DNA of 64,000 bases from NCBI RefSeq assembly GCF_009914755.1, contig NC_060929.1, one strand, 5' to 3'. A program made the translations under genes and the position numbers. The DNA comes from the human T2T-CHM13v2.0 reference genome, Homo sapiens. Position 1 is the first letter of the stretch, and each line of letters begins with the position of its first letter. This document shows, piece by piece, positions 1 through 20,564 of this stretch. A model generated the notes under the pieces. It was given only the letters and a program-made list of their open reading frames with translations. It was not told the DNA's origin and ran no database searches.

Positions 1-1179
1 AAATGTTTATTTGATTTCTTCCCTTATAGTATGAGGTGATTGGGCAAATTAATCTGTAAATCGCTTCAGGAGCAAACATTCTAATTTTCTTCTAAGAACT
101 TCTGTTGTTACATAAGAATATCTCATTAAGCTTTACATTTCCAAGAGAACAGGAAGGCAGTAGATGATAACGAAATAGGAAAGAAAAAGATTTCAAAAGT
201 TATGCTTTTACTAATGAAAATAAGATGTTAAACACACTTTTAAATTAAGCATTTTCTTAAATTTAGGATTCGAGCATCTGTTTGATTTCCTTTCTGGAGG
301 CTGTTAATGACAATTTCTCCTCTATGAAGAGGCAATGTGAGTGCATTGACATTATTAAACCTGTTAAAGCCTATTGCCTAATTTAGAATTTATCTGGTAA
401 GCTGATTAAAAGAATAATTTTCCTTTTGACTGGAGTAAATTATATAGAAACTTTTTATCTCTTAGAGTTTTAATATCTTGAGTTTATCATTTTTATTCAA
501 GAATCTAAAATGGGATGCTTTTTGTAGCCTCAGGCAGAGATATTATATAGCAAGATGAACAGTAAAATCAAAATATTGTCATACATTAAAACCCAACGTG
601 TTTGAAACTGCTTCATCACCCACGATTCTCCTGAACTAAACATCACAGTGGATTTTAAATTTGTATTCCTTTAAATTCTAATTTGTGATATTCAAATGAA
701 ACAATTTATTGTATTTTAAACATGCTTTCCTTATTGTTTATTAGGTATTTTTGCAGTATGTTACTAAATATGTTGATAGATTCTTAAGATTTTGCAATGA
801 GTAAATATTAATGCAGTATGTGTGGTTTTCTTTATCTCCTAAGATTAGACTCCCTTTTAAACTCGTAGATTCCTAAAAAAATCAATTCAAAAATTGTTAT
901 AATGGTAGACAATGATTTACATGAAAAATATTTGCCCTTTGGCACTATCATTTTACTTCACAAAACGTTAGTGTTGCAGGACGGTGAATCTATATCTACC
1001 TATCTATATTATAAACTTGGTCAAATTTTAATAGATATAGCTATATATAATTTTAACGGTACTGTAAACAGGTATTGATGGAAGAACTTGTAGTTTCGTG
1101 TTCAGTCTGGCTTTCTTTATAACTGGAATAAGGCCATATAAATTTTTATAAATTATGTTATTTTAAATAAGAGGATTTT

Positions 1180-2060
1180 CCTTGTAGATATAAATCTATT
1201 TCACTACATTCCATTTTTAAGTGTGCCATAATAATTTTGCACCATGACATAAGGAACAATTTTGATACTAATAGACATTTAGTCTATCTCCAAGTTTTTA
1301 AAAAATAGTACAAAAATGCAATGTATTTCTCTTTGTACAAATATTTTTCAAGATATTTTGAGAAAGCATTTCTGAATTTAAAATTATGCAAATTTTAAAC
1401 ATAATACATACTGTGATATTGCTTTCCAAGAGCACTGAACCAATTAATAGTCCTTTGAAATATTCATGAGGGTTTTCTCACGACTTGGCCAATTCTGGAC
1501 TTTATCCAATATGTCAGATGTATCTATTTTTCTTCCTTTATATTTTGCCGTCTGTTGGAGAAAAGTATATAATTATCTTTGCTTTTATTTTCCAGATGGC
1601 ATGTGAGGTTAAATATTTTCAGATGTTTAAAAGTAATTTTGATATTCTGCTGTGTGATTTTCTTGTCCACAAACTTTTCAAGTTGTTTGGTTAAGCTTTA
1701 TCTGGTTTTCTTCTTTCCATTATTTTCCTACACATTCTTTGTTTCTGATATATGCTTTAAATATTTTCCAGCCTGTTATTAGTATTTAAAATTTGTTTCT
1801 GACATATTTTGTAACATAAAAATGTTTAATGTTATGTAAACAAAGGCATCTGTTTCTTTATAATTTCTTCATCTTTTGACTTAAGTGGATCTTCCTTATC
1901 CTAAAATTATAAACATATTATATTTTCTTCCAGTATTTTTAAAGTTTTGTGTTTTATATTTCAGTGTCTGAAATTTATGTGTTATGTGACTAAATACAGG
2001 TTTCCAACCCATTTTTCAAGGTTAATATCCAAGTTTTATCATATCATTTTCTGACTTAGT
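1180..2060 (-). mobile_element. Ancient L1M (L1ME-like) remnant
   Basis: Degenerate antisense L1 3' region motifs (atagacatttagtctatctccaagtttt; attgctttccaagag...accaatt); boundaries approximate. Confidence 0.45.
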
Positions 2061-2074
2061 GCATATTTTATATT

Positions 2075-3285
<1,211 letters not shown>

Positions 3286-3339
3286 GGAGAAAGAGGAAAA
3301 GAAGGAGGAGAATGAGGACAATAACAACAACGTCAAGAT

Positions 3340-3690
3340 GCCGGTGGGTATATTTATGGGGATTCCAATAGAGATGAACCTGTTCTGTATCTTGATTGTG
3401 ACAGTGGTCACACAAAGGTACATGTGGTGATAAAATTGCATAGAACTAGATATGCCCATACACTAGCCTACACACATGAGTTCATTTAAAACTGATGAAA
3501 TCTGAATAGATTAAGTAGATTGTATCAGTGTCAGTATTCTGGTTGTGATATTTGATTATAGTTGTACAATATGTTGTCACTGGAGAATACTAGGGGAATA
3601 GTATAAGGGACCTTTCTGAATCATTTCTTACAACTTCATGTAACTCTCACATTCACCTTTGGGAATTATCACAAAATAGAAAGTCAAAAT
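3340..3690 (+). mobile_element. L1ME/MD-like 3' UTR fragment
   Basis: gttctgtatcttgattgtg...gataaaattgcatagaacta...aaaactgatgaaatctgaata...tttcttacaacttcatgtaa, typical of old L1M 3' ends. Confidence 0.6.
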
Positions 3691-4228
3691 TAGTTTTGAA
3701 ATATTCTAAAAGTGAATGCTTGTCACAAAAATAACTGGAAATCCTTCAAATAAGAACCAAGGGCGATATGAACATAGTGGCCATGAGACATAGTAGAATA
3801 AAACAAATTTCTCAAATAATGACCTATTTAATAAACAAGCAACTATTGGAGGATAAATTATGTTACTATCTATTCAATAATCTCATTTGCTACAGTAAGC
3901 TTTTTCATCTCAGCAGAATGACCTAAAAGGAACAGTACAGGGTGAAGAGGTCAGTAAGAATTAGTTAAGACTTTCATAAAGCAGGCTAATGACCAGCTAA
4001 ATTCTATAAAAGTAGAAATTTACTTCACATCTCCATGCAGCACTGGTTTGATTATTTAACTCTCCAGTCAATTAGTTCAAATAATGTATTCAGTAAAAGC
4101 TATTAAACTAGTTGTGCATGTAAATAAAATGGATAAAAATCCAGTTGCAACAGAAAAGTAATTAAGATATTAATTAGTTAGAATTCTGCCTCTCTTACAA
4201 TTATTAAGACATGTCACCTTGAGCAAAA

Positions 4229-4284
4229 GTTTCTTTTCTCAGGATGTCTATAAAATGTTTCTTTTTTCAGGATGTCTATAAAGT
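4229..4284. repeat. 28-bp tandem duplication (2 copies) in a probable MIR remnant
   Basis: gtttcttttctcaggatgtctataaaat / gtttcttttttcaggatgtctataaagt, 26/28 identical. Confidence 0.85.
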
Positions 4285-4894
4285 GCCTAGGAAAACAATT
4301 GTACAATGAGTTTCCACGATAATTTTTTTAAAAAATTCGCATATCAACACATCCATGAGGCTTTTACAGGAAGGCAGATGACCATTCAATATAAAATACG
4401 TGTTCTACCATTCAAAAATGTTTGAAGATGAAGTGAGCTCTCTTTTGAAGATAGTACGCTCTTTTCTTGGATGTGTTCAATCATAGCAGTTATATAAATT
4501 TTAACTGGAAAAAGTATAAATTGCTTTAGACATGCAGACTGTATAAAAATGTACTTCCTAATTGATATATTTTGAAAATGGAAGACTTTACGTCTTAATG
4601 ACTAAATAATTATCTAATAAATCTAGCCCCAAACTACATTTGAAAATGCAAACAAAAGAAGCCCAGATGTTAGTGTTGCAGCTCAGAATAGAAGCCAGGT
4701 ATTCTGAAACCAGACCTTGTTACTAGTCCTTTTCTCCCTGAATATTAGCCAACATTAAGTCTCCATTGCATATATAACTGTTCAGTTCCAAAACAAAAAA
4801 AGAAGAAAGCAAGAAGTTGTAAATGTAATGAATGGTTGTTAACATTTTTCATATTTCCTTCCGCTTTTTTTAAATTCACTATTAATTGCCTCCC

Positions 4895-5050
4895 CTCACA
4901 GGCACTGTTACTTGAATTGTTACACACAACTTCTTTTAATTTTCATTCACAGCAACCTTCTGAGGTTTGTACTAATTATTCCATATAGCTGAGAAGAAGT
5001 GAGGCACAGGAATGGCAAATGACTTGCCCAGAATGGCATAGTATATGAAA
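4895..5050 (-). mobile_element. MIR SINE
   Basis: Antisense MIR core: cacagcaaccttctgagg...gaagtgaggcacag...aaatgacttgcccag. Confidence 0.65.
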
Positions 5051-5081
5051 AGAGGACGTAAGATTTTTTTTCATTTTACCA

Positions 5082-9259
<4,178 letters not shown>

Positions 9260-10783
9260 TCCTTTATTTTTCACACCTAAAAAAAAAAAGCAGGGCTACA
9301 AAGTAATTTTGTTGCATAGTTTTTGGTACATTTAAAGATATATGCATCCTACAATGTACAACTTAATATTTACATCTGTAACGTAGGTATGCTCTTGCAC
9401 ATGACAGATGTAAACAATTGTCTTTAAAGGTGAAAAATTAATATAAATAAAATATTGCATATCATATAGTAGAAAACTATAATGCACATAAAATAAGTAA
9501 TGTACATTATTCTCTTTCTCTTCCTCTTCTTCTCTTCCTTCTTCTCCTCTCTCTTCTGCCCCACACTCTACTCTCCGGAGATAAGCTGTGTGCATGCACT
9601 GTTGGAAATTTTCTCACAAAGCTTACAGACAGAGGTAAATTTCAGAGAAAAGAAATCTAAAGGCTGATACAATAAAAGGACAGGCACCTATGACAACATC
9701 AACAAAAGGAGCTTAATTCTAAATGTTAACATGTGGAGATGTGAGAAATTGATTTAAACATGTTTACAAATTGCCAATATAAATACAAACCTGCAAAAAG
9801 AAAACATTACTTCAGGTGATGTACTCAAAAACGATTGATACAATTAAATTATAAAGAGAAAGGTGAAAGGCAAAAAAAGTAAGATGAGAAGATTGTTTAA
9901 AGGGCTATAAGTTTAATGATTCACTCTCCCACCTCAGCACACTTTGATGCTCTAGGATATCTTTTTAAACTCTTGCATCAATTTGTCTAAGGTTCTGATG
10001 ATATGTTGAGTGCTTCTAAGAGATTTTGTAGGAGTCAGAAATGGTTATTAATCCTTAGGTTTCCAAGGAATATGTTGATCACTTCCCAAAGCCAAATAAA
10101 AATATCTCACAGTTCTACATTAATGACTAGATGCAACAGGCAACACATTTGGCTTGCTATTTTCCCATTTAGCAGAATGGAATGAACAGTTTTCAAACCA
10201 CTTTCCTGAGTACACATAAAACAGTTTCATCCCCACAAGCCACGTGTCTAAAACGCAATCTCACAAGTGCTGTTCATCACACTGTACTCCTTCCTCACAC
10301 ATTTTTATTTATCTCCATTTGCAGTTTCAATAGTGTCGTCTATGAAACTTTTGAGCAATGCTGCAAAGAGATTACTTGCACAAATTTTATTTAATAAATT
10401 TGTGAAAGTGTCATTTCTGGGTTCCCTTTCCTCCATGGAATTTGACAGGCCATGGAATTTAGAATCTTTATTTATTTTGCTGGGGTCCTTAATTTGCTCA
10501 GTATTATTAATAAAATCTCACCTATTATAAGTTATGTACACCTTGCAGAAAACATTTACCTAGATTATGTCATTGAATTTTTACAGCACAGCTGGGAAGT
10601 AATCAAGGGAGGCATCTCTGACTCTAGACAGTTTAGGAAAATGATGCTCAGAATTACTGGCTTACAGAACATGTGACTGTGATAGTAGAGTCATAAATTG
10701 GAACCAACATTCTTTTTTCTCCATGTACAATACTCTTCCTAGGAACAGCACCTTGCTTTGCATAAAAAGCAGTGTCATAAGCT

Positions 10784-11265
10784 TGTGGTGGGGAGAATGG
10801 CCCTCCAAAGGTATCCACTTCTCCTCTTTAGAATCTTTGAACATGTATTCTTCCATGGTAAAAGAGACTTTGAAGATGTCATTGACTTCAGAGTCTTAAA
10901 ATAGGAAGATTATCCTGATTTATATGAATAAACCCATTGTAATCACCTTATAAGGGTTTCCTTATAAGGAAAGCAGGAGTTGGGAGAGTCAGAGTCAGAG
11001 AAGATATGACAATAAAAGCAGAGATCTGAGTGACATGGGGCCACAAGCCGAGGAATGCAGATAACTTCTAGACATTGGAAAATGCAGGAAACGGATTCTC
11101 CCACAGAGTTTCCAGAAGAAACACATCCCAGCTGATACTTTAATTTTAGCTTAGTGTGACCCATTTTGGACTTCTCACTTCTGGAACTATAAGAGAATAA
11201 ATTTGTGTTATTTTAAGCCACTAAGTTTGTAATAATTTCTTATAACAGCAATAGGAAACTAAACA
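10784..11265 (+). mobile_element. MLT1D-like MaLR solo LTR
   Basis: tgtggtggggagaatggccc start; aagccgaggaatgcag; aataaatttgtgttattttaagccactaagtttgt; ggaaactaaaca end. Confidence 0.85.
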
Positions 11266-11510
11266 ATATCTTCAGATAATACTTATTGTAAATTAATACC
11301 TCAGTATCATATTATGACTAGGAACTTGCCCCTTAATTGAAAACCAGGAAGAAATCAAAACTAATAATTTAATCTTCTTCATTTATAGTTTTATTGTGTT
11401 TTTCTTTCTCCTGCTACTTTTCACTTCTTAATTCAAGTTTTTTGTTTCATTAATCATACATAAGGAATGTGTTTTCCACATTGTTAGTCAATACACTTCT
11501 AGACTTCTGA

Positions 11511-12599
<1,089 letters not shown>

Positions 12600-13359
12600 A
12601 AAAAGAGAGGCTGATCATTTCATTATTGCATGGCATTTTAGTGAATTATGTGTCCCCACAGAACCTCACTATCAGCAGAGTCCAATATGGCATAGGAAGC
12701 TAAGAGACTTATTGCTGTTTTCTCTCTCTTGTGAAAATTATTTGACTCTAAATAAATATTGGCCTATTTTAACAGCTAAGACTAGTTTCTCTATGGGCCT
12801 TATTATATTTTGTCTATGTATAAATTAATCTTGTCAAGTAGAAGGAATCGTGGTCATACATGTCAAGGATACTAATACAATGTTATTCCTATAAATTTTT
12901 GCCATACCCCTTTTGTTCCTGACATGACTTGTAGGTACCAAGATCGTTCATGCAATTTCCTGGCTTCAAAGACAGGCACCTTGTCTGAGGTCAACATCTG
13001 ACTAATTGTAAAAAGCCACTCAATCTACAGTTTTAAGGTACTCTAGAATAGTTCCTGGAGGGCAGAGCCTTTATTGGCCTTATCCTATCCCCATAACAGG
13101 TGTTAGTGACTCCATCCAGCTCTAGAAGTGATGAGTGAGTGAAAGGGAATTTTGAGGTTTTTAAATGTATTTTCCAAATTGTTTTGCAGAAACATTGTGT
13201 TATATTTTTATCAATGGTGTGTGAGAGGGTTTCTGCCCATTTTAAAAGTCTTATTTGATGGGAAAAAATGTATTGTTTAATTTATGCTTCTTGGTTAATA
13301 AAGTTGGATATTACTTATCAAAAAGTAGTATTCCAATATTTACTGCAAAAATAAATGGT

Positions 13360-13580
13360 ACATTTAAAAATAACTAAAAGAGTCTAATTGGATTGTTTGT
13401 AACACAAAAGATAAAGGCTGGAGGGGGTGGATGCCCAATTTACCATGATGTGGTTATTACTCATTGCAGGCTTGTACCAAAATATCTCATGGACCCCATA
13501 AATATATACACCTACTATGTACCCACAAAAATTAAACATAAAAAATTAAATAAATAAAAAAAATAAAAAGAAATGGAAAA
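13360..13580 (+). mobile_element. L1MA1-3-like 3' end fragment
   Basis: taattggattgtttgtaacacaaaagataaa...tatatacacctactatgtacccacaaaaatt plus A-tail; 13-bp TSD aaaaataaatggt 13347-13359 / 13581-13593. Confidence 0.85.
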
Positions 13581-15050
13581 AAAAATAAATGGTGATTCAC
13601 TAGACCATAGAGCTAATCTCTGTATGCCTGGGTCCATATTCTATTTGTCATGAATTGAGAAAGAACATTTGCAAATTTTTCCAAAGAATTTGAAGAAGGA
13701 CCAGCACAGGGACATTCAACATCACTGATAATTATACATATTAATACCTTCCAAAGAGTTAAAAAGCTCAAGTTCTGTTCTTAGTCACTATGAAACAGTG
13801 CTTGATTTCTTCTCAAACACATTTTGTTGAAAATAAAAGTCAGTGTTTATTAGCCCATAAACTGTGTATATCCTTCAAGCATTTAGTGAAAAACCCAGTG
13901 TTAAATTATCATATCTGTTTCATGCTGTTTACCTTCACTTGTCTTCTGTGCTTTTATGAGATCATTACTACTCTAAATCAAAGCATTTAAATAGTCATAC
14001 AAATATCTACTAGTCTACTCATCTGGAACTCATTATGATTTATGTTGAGAGAATAAAGAAGCCTCTGGTTTCACTGACATTGTGATTTATAATGCCTTGA
14101 GGAATGAAAAAAATACAATAATTTAAAGCCAGTACTGTCTGTCATTTTTAAAATGCAGACTTCAACATTTTTGTAGGTAATAGCTCCTCTTTTTTCTAGC
14201 AACAATATTTGGAAACTTTAAACGAATGAGTAAAAGAAAATTGGTTGTCTACTCACTGCCAATCTTCCCATTTTCACATTCCCAGATTGACAGGATTACA
14301 TTTTATAACTTTCAATAAACCTCCTAAGCATATGACTCATAATAATAATCTTAGTTATATGATCAAGAGCATTAACGCTTCAGTATCAGGTCTATGTAAT
14401 ATAAATAATTCACATTGTAAGAATATACTTTGGAAGTTTATTTAAAAATGTATGCTAAATCAAATTATACTTGTTGCTTAGTACTATCAAAGAGAGAACA
14501 ATGATAAAATCAAAATTGAAACAAGTATTGCAAGTTCAATCTTGCTTACATCTTGACATCCCAATTTGTGATTTTTTTTCACTATGTTCAAAAAAATGGA
14601 AAATTATAATTCTGAGGGAGGTTTTTTCTAAATTGGACATAACACTAATCCATGAAGTAGTGTACTTCAAAGCACAAAAACATATTTTGAGTATATAATC
14701 CCTAATGTACATTTTTTAGTTACTAATTTACAAGATGTTTAAATGCACATAGGTGATTAAGTGAATTGTTTATTAGGATAATTTGAGTTAAACAGGTGCC
14801 TCGATTAACTAGCTATATCAGACAACATGTTCTCTGGCCTCATTCACTCAAACTGTCTACATTTAAATTTAAATTTTCAAATAAGAACATAGCTCAAATA
14901 ATTTGATTAGCTGGTAGTATAAATTTCCCACTCCAAATTTTATTTATGAAATACCTTTTAAAACTCATTAAACATATGTAACTTTTATCTTGACATTGTT
15001 TCTTTATATATTTTTAGGTACAGATTAAGTGTAGTCATATATATAAATAC

Positions 15051-15087
15051 ATATATATAGGTTATTTCTAACATAACCTATATATAT
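15051..15087. repeat. AT-rich perfect inverted repeat (15-bp arms, 7-nt loop)
   Basis: atatatataggttat-ttctaac-ataacctatatatat. Confidence 0.9.
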
Positions 15088-15197
15088 TTATATAGAAAAT
15101 TTAAAATAGCTATAGAACTTTATAATACACATTGTATTTACACAATCTTTGCCACCTCTCTCTTAGTTGTACAATATAGAATATAAGCAGGTCAGAA

Positions 15198-15312
15198 GCT
15201 AGGCATATGCCTACAGTCCCAGCTACTTGGGAGGCTGAGGTGAAGCTCATATGAGCTTGAGAGTTTGAGAGCCACCTGGACGACAGAGTGAGATCCAGTC
15301 TCGAAAAAAAAA
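15198..15312 (+). mobile_element. Alu monomer (FLAM_A-like)
   Basis: tgcctacagtcccagctacttgggaggctgagg...cctggacgacagagtgagatccagtctc plus A-tail; single arm. Confidence 0.75.
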
Positions 15313-15449
15313 TTTAAAAGCAAATAAGCATATAATTAATGAAATATTTTGTTAGCCTTCAGACAAATGGAAATATACAATTTTAATAGGACATATACTT
15401 TTCTGGAAGGGACAGATCTCAGCAATCAAATGATAGTATTAGCAACACA

Positions 15450-17785
15450 AAAAGAACTATCTATGAAAGAGCATTGACAAGATGAACTTTTAAAACATTA
15501 CAACCTTCTTCTCTGAAAAAAACTTTTAAGGGATCAAAGATAAATATAAGCCTAGAAAACAAATATGTGGAAAACACATATCTGATAAAGAGCTTGTACC
15601 CAATACATACAAATAACTCTTGAAACTCAAAAATAAGATTAAAAATAACTCAAGTATTGGGCAAAAGACCGGAACAGATATCCAATGAAAGAAGATACAC
15701 ATATTGCAATTAAGCATATAAGATGCTTAATATCATTTGGGATTGAAAAACTGCAAATTAAAACATCACTGAGAGCACTGCATTGACTTGAAGAATCTTG
15801 AAGAATGACTAATACTTTAAAAAATTGATAATACTAAATGCTTGCAATTATATGGTACAATAGAAATTATAATTAACTGATAGTGAAAATACAAAGTGGG
15901 CCAGCCATTTTCGAAAATGATTTGGCAGTTTCTTACAAACCTAAAACTTGTTTTACCATATAATCCAGCAATTACACTCCTTGGCAGTACTATGAAAATT
16001 CAAGCCCAGGCAAAAGCCCGCACACAAATATTCATATCAGTTTTATTCACAATCATCACAACTGAAGCAATCAAGATTTTCTTCAGTAGGTGAATGTATT
16101 AAAAATCCGTTACATCCATAAAATGGAATACTATTTAATAATAAAAAGAAAAGGGCTTTCAAGCCATGAAAGGACTTACAGGAACCGTAAATGCACATTT
16201 CTGAATGAGAGAAGCCAGTTTGAAAGAATTATAGACACTGTGTAATTCCAATTATTTGACATTCTGGAAAAGAAAACTATAGAGACAATTAAATATTCAG
16301 AGTTTGATGAAACACAGGGCATTTTTGACAGTGGCAAATTATTCTGTATGATGCTGCAATGGTGGATATATGATACTACACATTTGTCAACCCCATAAAA
16401 CTTCACTGGACAAAGACTGAAACTTAATGTATGCAAACTTAAAGAAAAAGTCATTTAGGAGAAAAGATCTGAAATAGAATGCAAACTGTAAGAAAAGAAT
16501 CTATCTGTATTACAAACATGGAATGGCATTGCTGAAAATAGTTAGGAGACAGGACAGTAAACCTGCTGACCTTAGGAAGTTTAGAAATGAATGGCTTCTG
16601 TAAGTTTAGAGGCAAATGGAATTGAACATAATGCACTGCATTGCTGATAAGGCTGTTTCTTGCAAGGTGCGGATTAAAATGGTGATACTGCTATACATAC
16701 ATAGCAAAATTCAGTAATTAAGTAAATACATTGTAAATGGTGGGAGTCAGGTTTCTCACCATTGGTGTGGGAATTTACAAATAACCCAAACGAGTAGTAT
16801 AGAATGATAAATTTGGTAATGGATTAGAGCTAGAGACGTTAATATGAAGTAATATTTACCTTAACATAGATAATAGTTGTGTGCTGAATAAAAGGAACCA
16901 GGGTTTCCTGGAAGAATGACTCAGTGTCATTGTGGAAAGGTACAAACTGAGCCTGGAGTGTCTTGTATAGCCAAAAAGTAAATACGCACTAAAACACATT
17001 GATAGGGGTATGTCAAAAGGACACAGGAGCCAACTGAAAAATCTCTCAATGGCCAAAGCTGAAAGAATCAGAACAAGAAAACAAATAAGTAGTACTATAC
17101 AATAATCTTCAGTATAAAATAAATATTTATATATCCATATTGATACAAATAAATTAATTAATTAATAAGTAAACGTGAGATGGAAGACCAATCTCTCATG
17201 GAGAAAAAATCCAAAGAACTTATATAAATACCCTGCCCTCAGGAGGGGAACTTAACTCTTTATTTCCTAAGAGTGGACTTCCTTCCAAAGATGGAAGTAT
17301 GAAAAGAGGCCATGGGGAAGAAAAGTAAACTTACAATGAAAAAACCTGGCAAATCTTTCCTCAGACACATCATTAAGGTCAACATCAACAACACCAAGAA
17401 TGATAAATCACATTGCTAGTACCCTACATACGATGTAATGAATATGGCAATTTACCTCTGTGGTATATCCTCTAAAATCCATAACCACAGTCTAAATATG
17501 AGAAAAACATTTGACAAATTTCAATGAAGGAGCATGCTACAAAATACCTGGCCAACGTTCCTCAAAACCATCAAGGTCATATAAAACAAAGAAAACTGGA
17601 GAAGCTTTCAGTCAGGAGGAGCCTAGAGAGACATAATGACTAAATGTAATGTGCTATTTTCGGTGCGTTCCTGGAACTCATAAAGGACATTAGATAAAAA
17701 ATAGAAAAATATGAATTAACTGTCAATGTTAATTAATAATGATGTATTATATTTGTTCATTCATTGTAACAAGTGTACCAGGTAA
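15450..17785 (+). mobile_element. L1MC (L1MC3-like) ORF2 3' end and long 3' UTR
   Basis: Degenerate ORF2 (atatctgataaagagcttgta, tttggcagtttcttacaaac, atataatccagcaattacactcc) then L1MC-type UTR (ggaaccagggtttcctggaagaatg, ctacaaaatacctggcc, gactaaatgtaatgtg). Confidence 0.8.
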
Positions 17786-18529
17786 GACGGAACACATACA
17801 TGTATTAATGTATTTATCACATTCTCTTTGTAGGAAAAAGTCCTCCATAAAATGTTCCTTCCTTCTACATAAAGTTTTATTTCACTTTGGATCTCTCTAT
17901 TTTCTGTCTCCCAAATTATTTTTATCTTACATATTTACCTTTTTAGTCCCTCTTGCTTTGAGTATGGTTTTTCTTCTCTATCGAATCCCTGGGACTTCAA
18001 AACTGATACTCTTTATATATTCCTGTGACTGCCACACTCAGAATTCAATTTTCATCTGGCTTCTGCTATAAGATTCTGTTTTGCTCCATGGACATAACAA
18101 AAGGACAGAGTCACTATGTCTCCTGAACATAGTATCATCCAGGAAGATCAAAGCAAGGGACAGAAAGTATTTCACTTCTCTAGAAGGAAAATTTGAACAC
18201 CTTTAGCTTTTAGCCAAGTTTATTTCTGGCCAGAGTAATGTAAGTCATAGCGCTTTACTGTCTTCAAATATCTGGAAAATTGTTGCCCTGACTTAATCAC
18301 CAAAGAAAACAACAATAAAATAAATAAGGAAGTGTTCCTTGCAGGTTTAATATAGAAAATACTTTTTATTTGATAATAGTTAATACATTCCCCCCCCCCG
18401 CCCAACAAAATGGCCTTTCTTGTAAGGAATCATATCCCTGTGCCTAGACATATTATCAATGATACGATATGATCATTTTTCAAAAGAAATATTTTAGAAA
18501 AAGATTCTGAGCAGATTTGAACAAATTAG

Positions 18530-18720
18530 CCAGGTCAATGATCATCAAACTGTGCTCGGGGGAACCTCAGAGTCCTATTGTGGGGGATGAAGCCAAGCTT
18601 GCTTCTTTCTCTTGAATCAGAGCTGCTGCACTTTCTATCTGCTTTATTATTGGGATTCCATATACAATTGTATCTGAAAATAAAAGAGTTGTGCTGGCAA
18701 AGTAAAGTTATAACTCACTG
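18530..18720. mobile_element. hAT-Charlie MITE-like remnant (MER103/MER112-like)
   Basis: Degenerate cagtg-type termini and internal ttattgggattccatatac...tctgaaaa motif. Confidence 0.35.
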
Positions 18721-19611
18721 GGCTGGATGACTTCTAAATGCTTTTCCATCCCAAGAATTTTATGGTACAACTTTAAGTGTCTATGATTCAATGTGCAATA
18801 TAAAAATATAAAGTTAAGAAAAAAATGTAAAAGGTAGAATTGCCATTGTGTCTAATGATCAATAATAACTTAATTTTATTGCTATAATTTAATTAAAATA
18901 GTTAATAAAGTTTTGAGACAGTATGGCAAAAATGCACTATCCAGAATAAAGGACGCTTTGGCTAACGTGTGCCTATGTGTCAGGAGAGAAATGAAGATTA
19001 GCAAGAGGTTACTAAATCCATAAAGTACAAAAATGATTTCCCAAATACATATTTATGTGCAATTATTGTATACGGACTCAATATTTTACTTAAGATATAT
19101 TTTAGAAATATTTAGATCCATTATGGTTCAACTGTTTAAAAGGTGTTTGTTTTCAAAGGAACCATCGAAATATTTATGGTAAATAAATTTTCTTTTAATC
19201 TGAAATGCTTTACAGACAATTACACATTCATTAACAGCAAGATCTAGACCCTCTTTAGAGTCTGAAGTATTAAAAACTATACTTTTATTCTGGTATACTT
19301 GAGGAATAGTAATTTCCATATGAAAAGCCATGATGGTGAATTTCAATAAGAGTAAAATTCTCAATTCCATAAAATGGAACCATCCAATACTTAAGCATAT
19401 TTGTAATAAGGAAAAAAATAAGCCAATAGTTTGACTCAGCATTTATTGAGTATAGATAATATAGATCAAGTATGTAAGCCAGTTTATCTTTTTCTTCTTG
19501 CCATTGGTAATATGAGACATTCTCAACTGCATTTCAGCTTCTGTGTATTACAGAACTTATACCACTCACTGACTTCAGATAACTAGGAATCATATCACAA
19601 TGATATTGTTT

Positions 19612-19974
19612 TACTGTTTTTTCTGTGGTGAGAACACATAAGATCTTCTATCTAACAAATTCCAAGTGTACATTACAATATTAACATAGTCTCTATACTG
19701 TATATGAGATCTCCAAAACTTATTCATCCTATGTAACTTAAACTTTGTACCCTTTGACTAACATCTCCCCATTTCCCCCTGCCCCTGCTATTAGAACTAC
19801 CATTCTACTCTCTGCTTCTGTGAATCTGACTTTTTTTAAATTTTGCATATAATGAAAATCATGCAGTATTTTTCTTCCTGTTCTGGCTTATTTCTCTTAG
19901 CATAATATGCTCCAGGTTTATCCATGTTGTCACAGATGGCAGAATTTTTTTAAAGGTTGAATAATATTTCATTT

Positions 19975-20008
<34 letters not shown>

Positions 20009-20225
20009 ACATTTTCCTATCCATTCATCTATTGACAGACACAGGCTGTTTCTGTATCTTGGCTATTGTGAGTAATGCTATAATGAACATGAGAGTGCAG
20101 ACATCTTCAAGATAGTGATTCCATTTTCTTTGAAAAAAATATGTATATATATATATCTTAAAAGATATATATATATTATTTTTTGATAAGTCATCCTAAC
20201 AAGTATGAGGATATATCTCATTTTT
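19612..20225 (-). mobile_element. L1MA8/9-like 3' end with internal (CA)n and internal deletion
   Basis: gtggtgagaacacataagatc...acttattcatcct...tttgtaccctttgactaacatctcccca; (CA)n at about 19979-20007. Confidence 0.85.
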
Positions 20226-20239
20226 TTTATCATATATGT

Positions 20240-20564
20240 TTATTTATTATTATTATTTTTTTTTCCGAGACAGGATCTCACTCTGTTACCCAGTCTGGAG
20301 TGCAGTGGCGCAATCATGGCTCACTGAAGCCTCAACTTCCTGGGCTCAGGTGATCTCCCACCTCAACCTCCCAAGTAGCTGGGACTACACCACCCAAGAC
20401 CAACTAATTTATTTTATTTTGTTTATTTATTATTAGTTTTTTTTTGGTAGAGACAGTGTTTCACCACATTGCCCAGGCTGGTCTCAAACTTCTGGGCTCA
20501 AGCAATCCACCCACCTTGCCTCCTAAAGTGCTGGGGTTACAGGTGAGAGACACCACATTCAACC
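20240..20564 (-). mobile_element. AluJ (Jo/Jr-like)
   Basis: gagacaggatctcactctgttacccag, aatcatggctcactgaagcctcaacttcctgggctc, ttctgggctcaagcaatcc. Confidence 0.9.
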
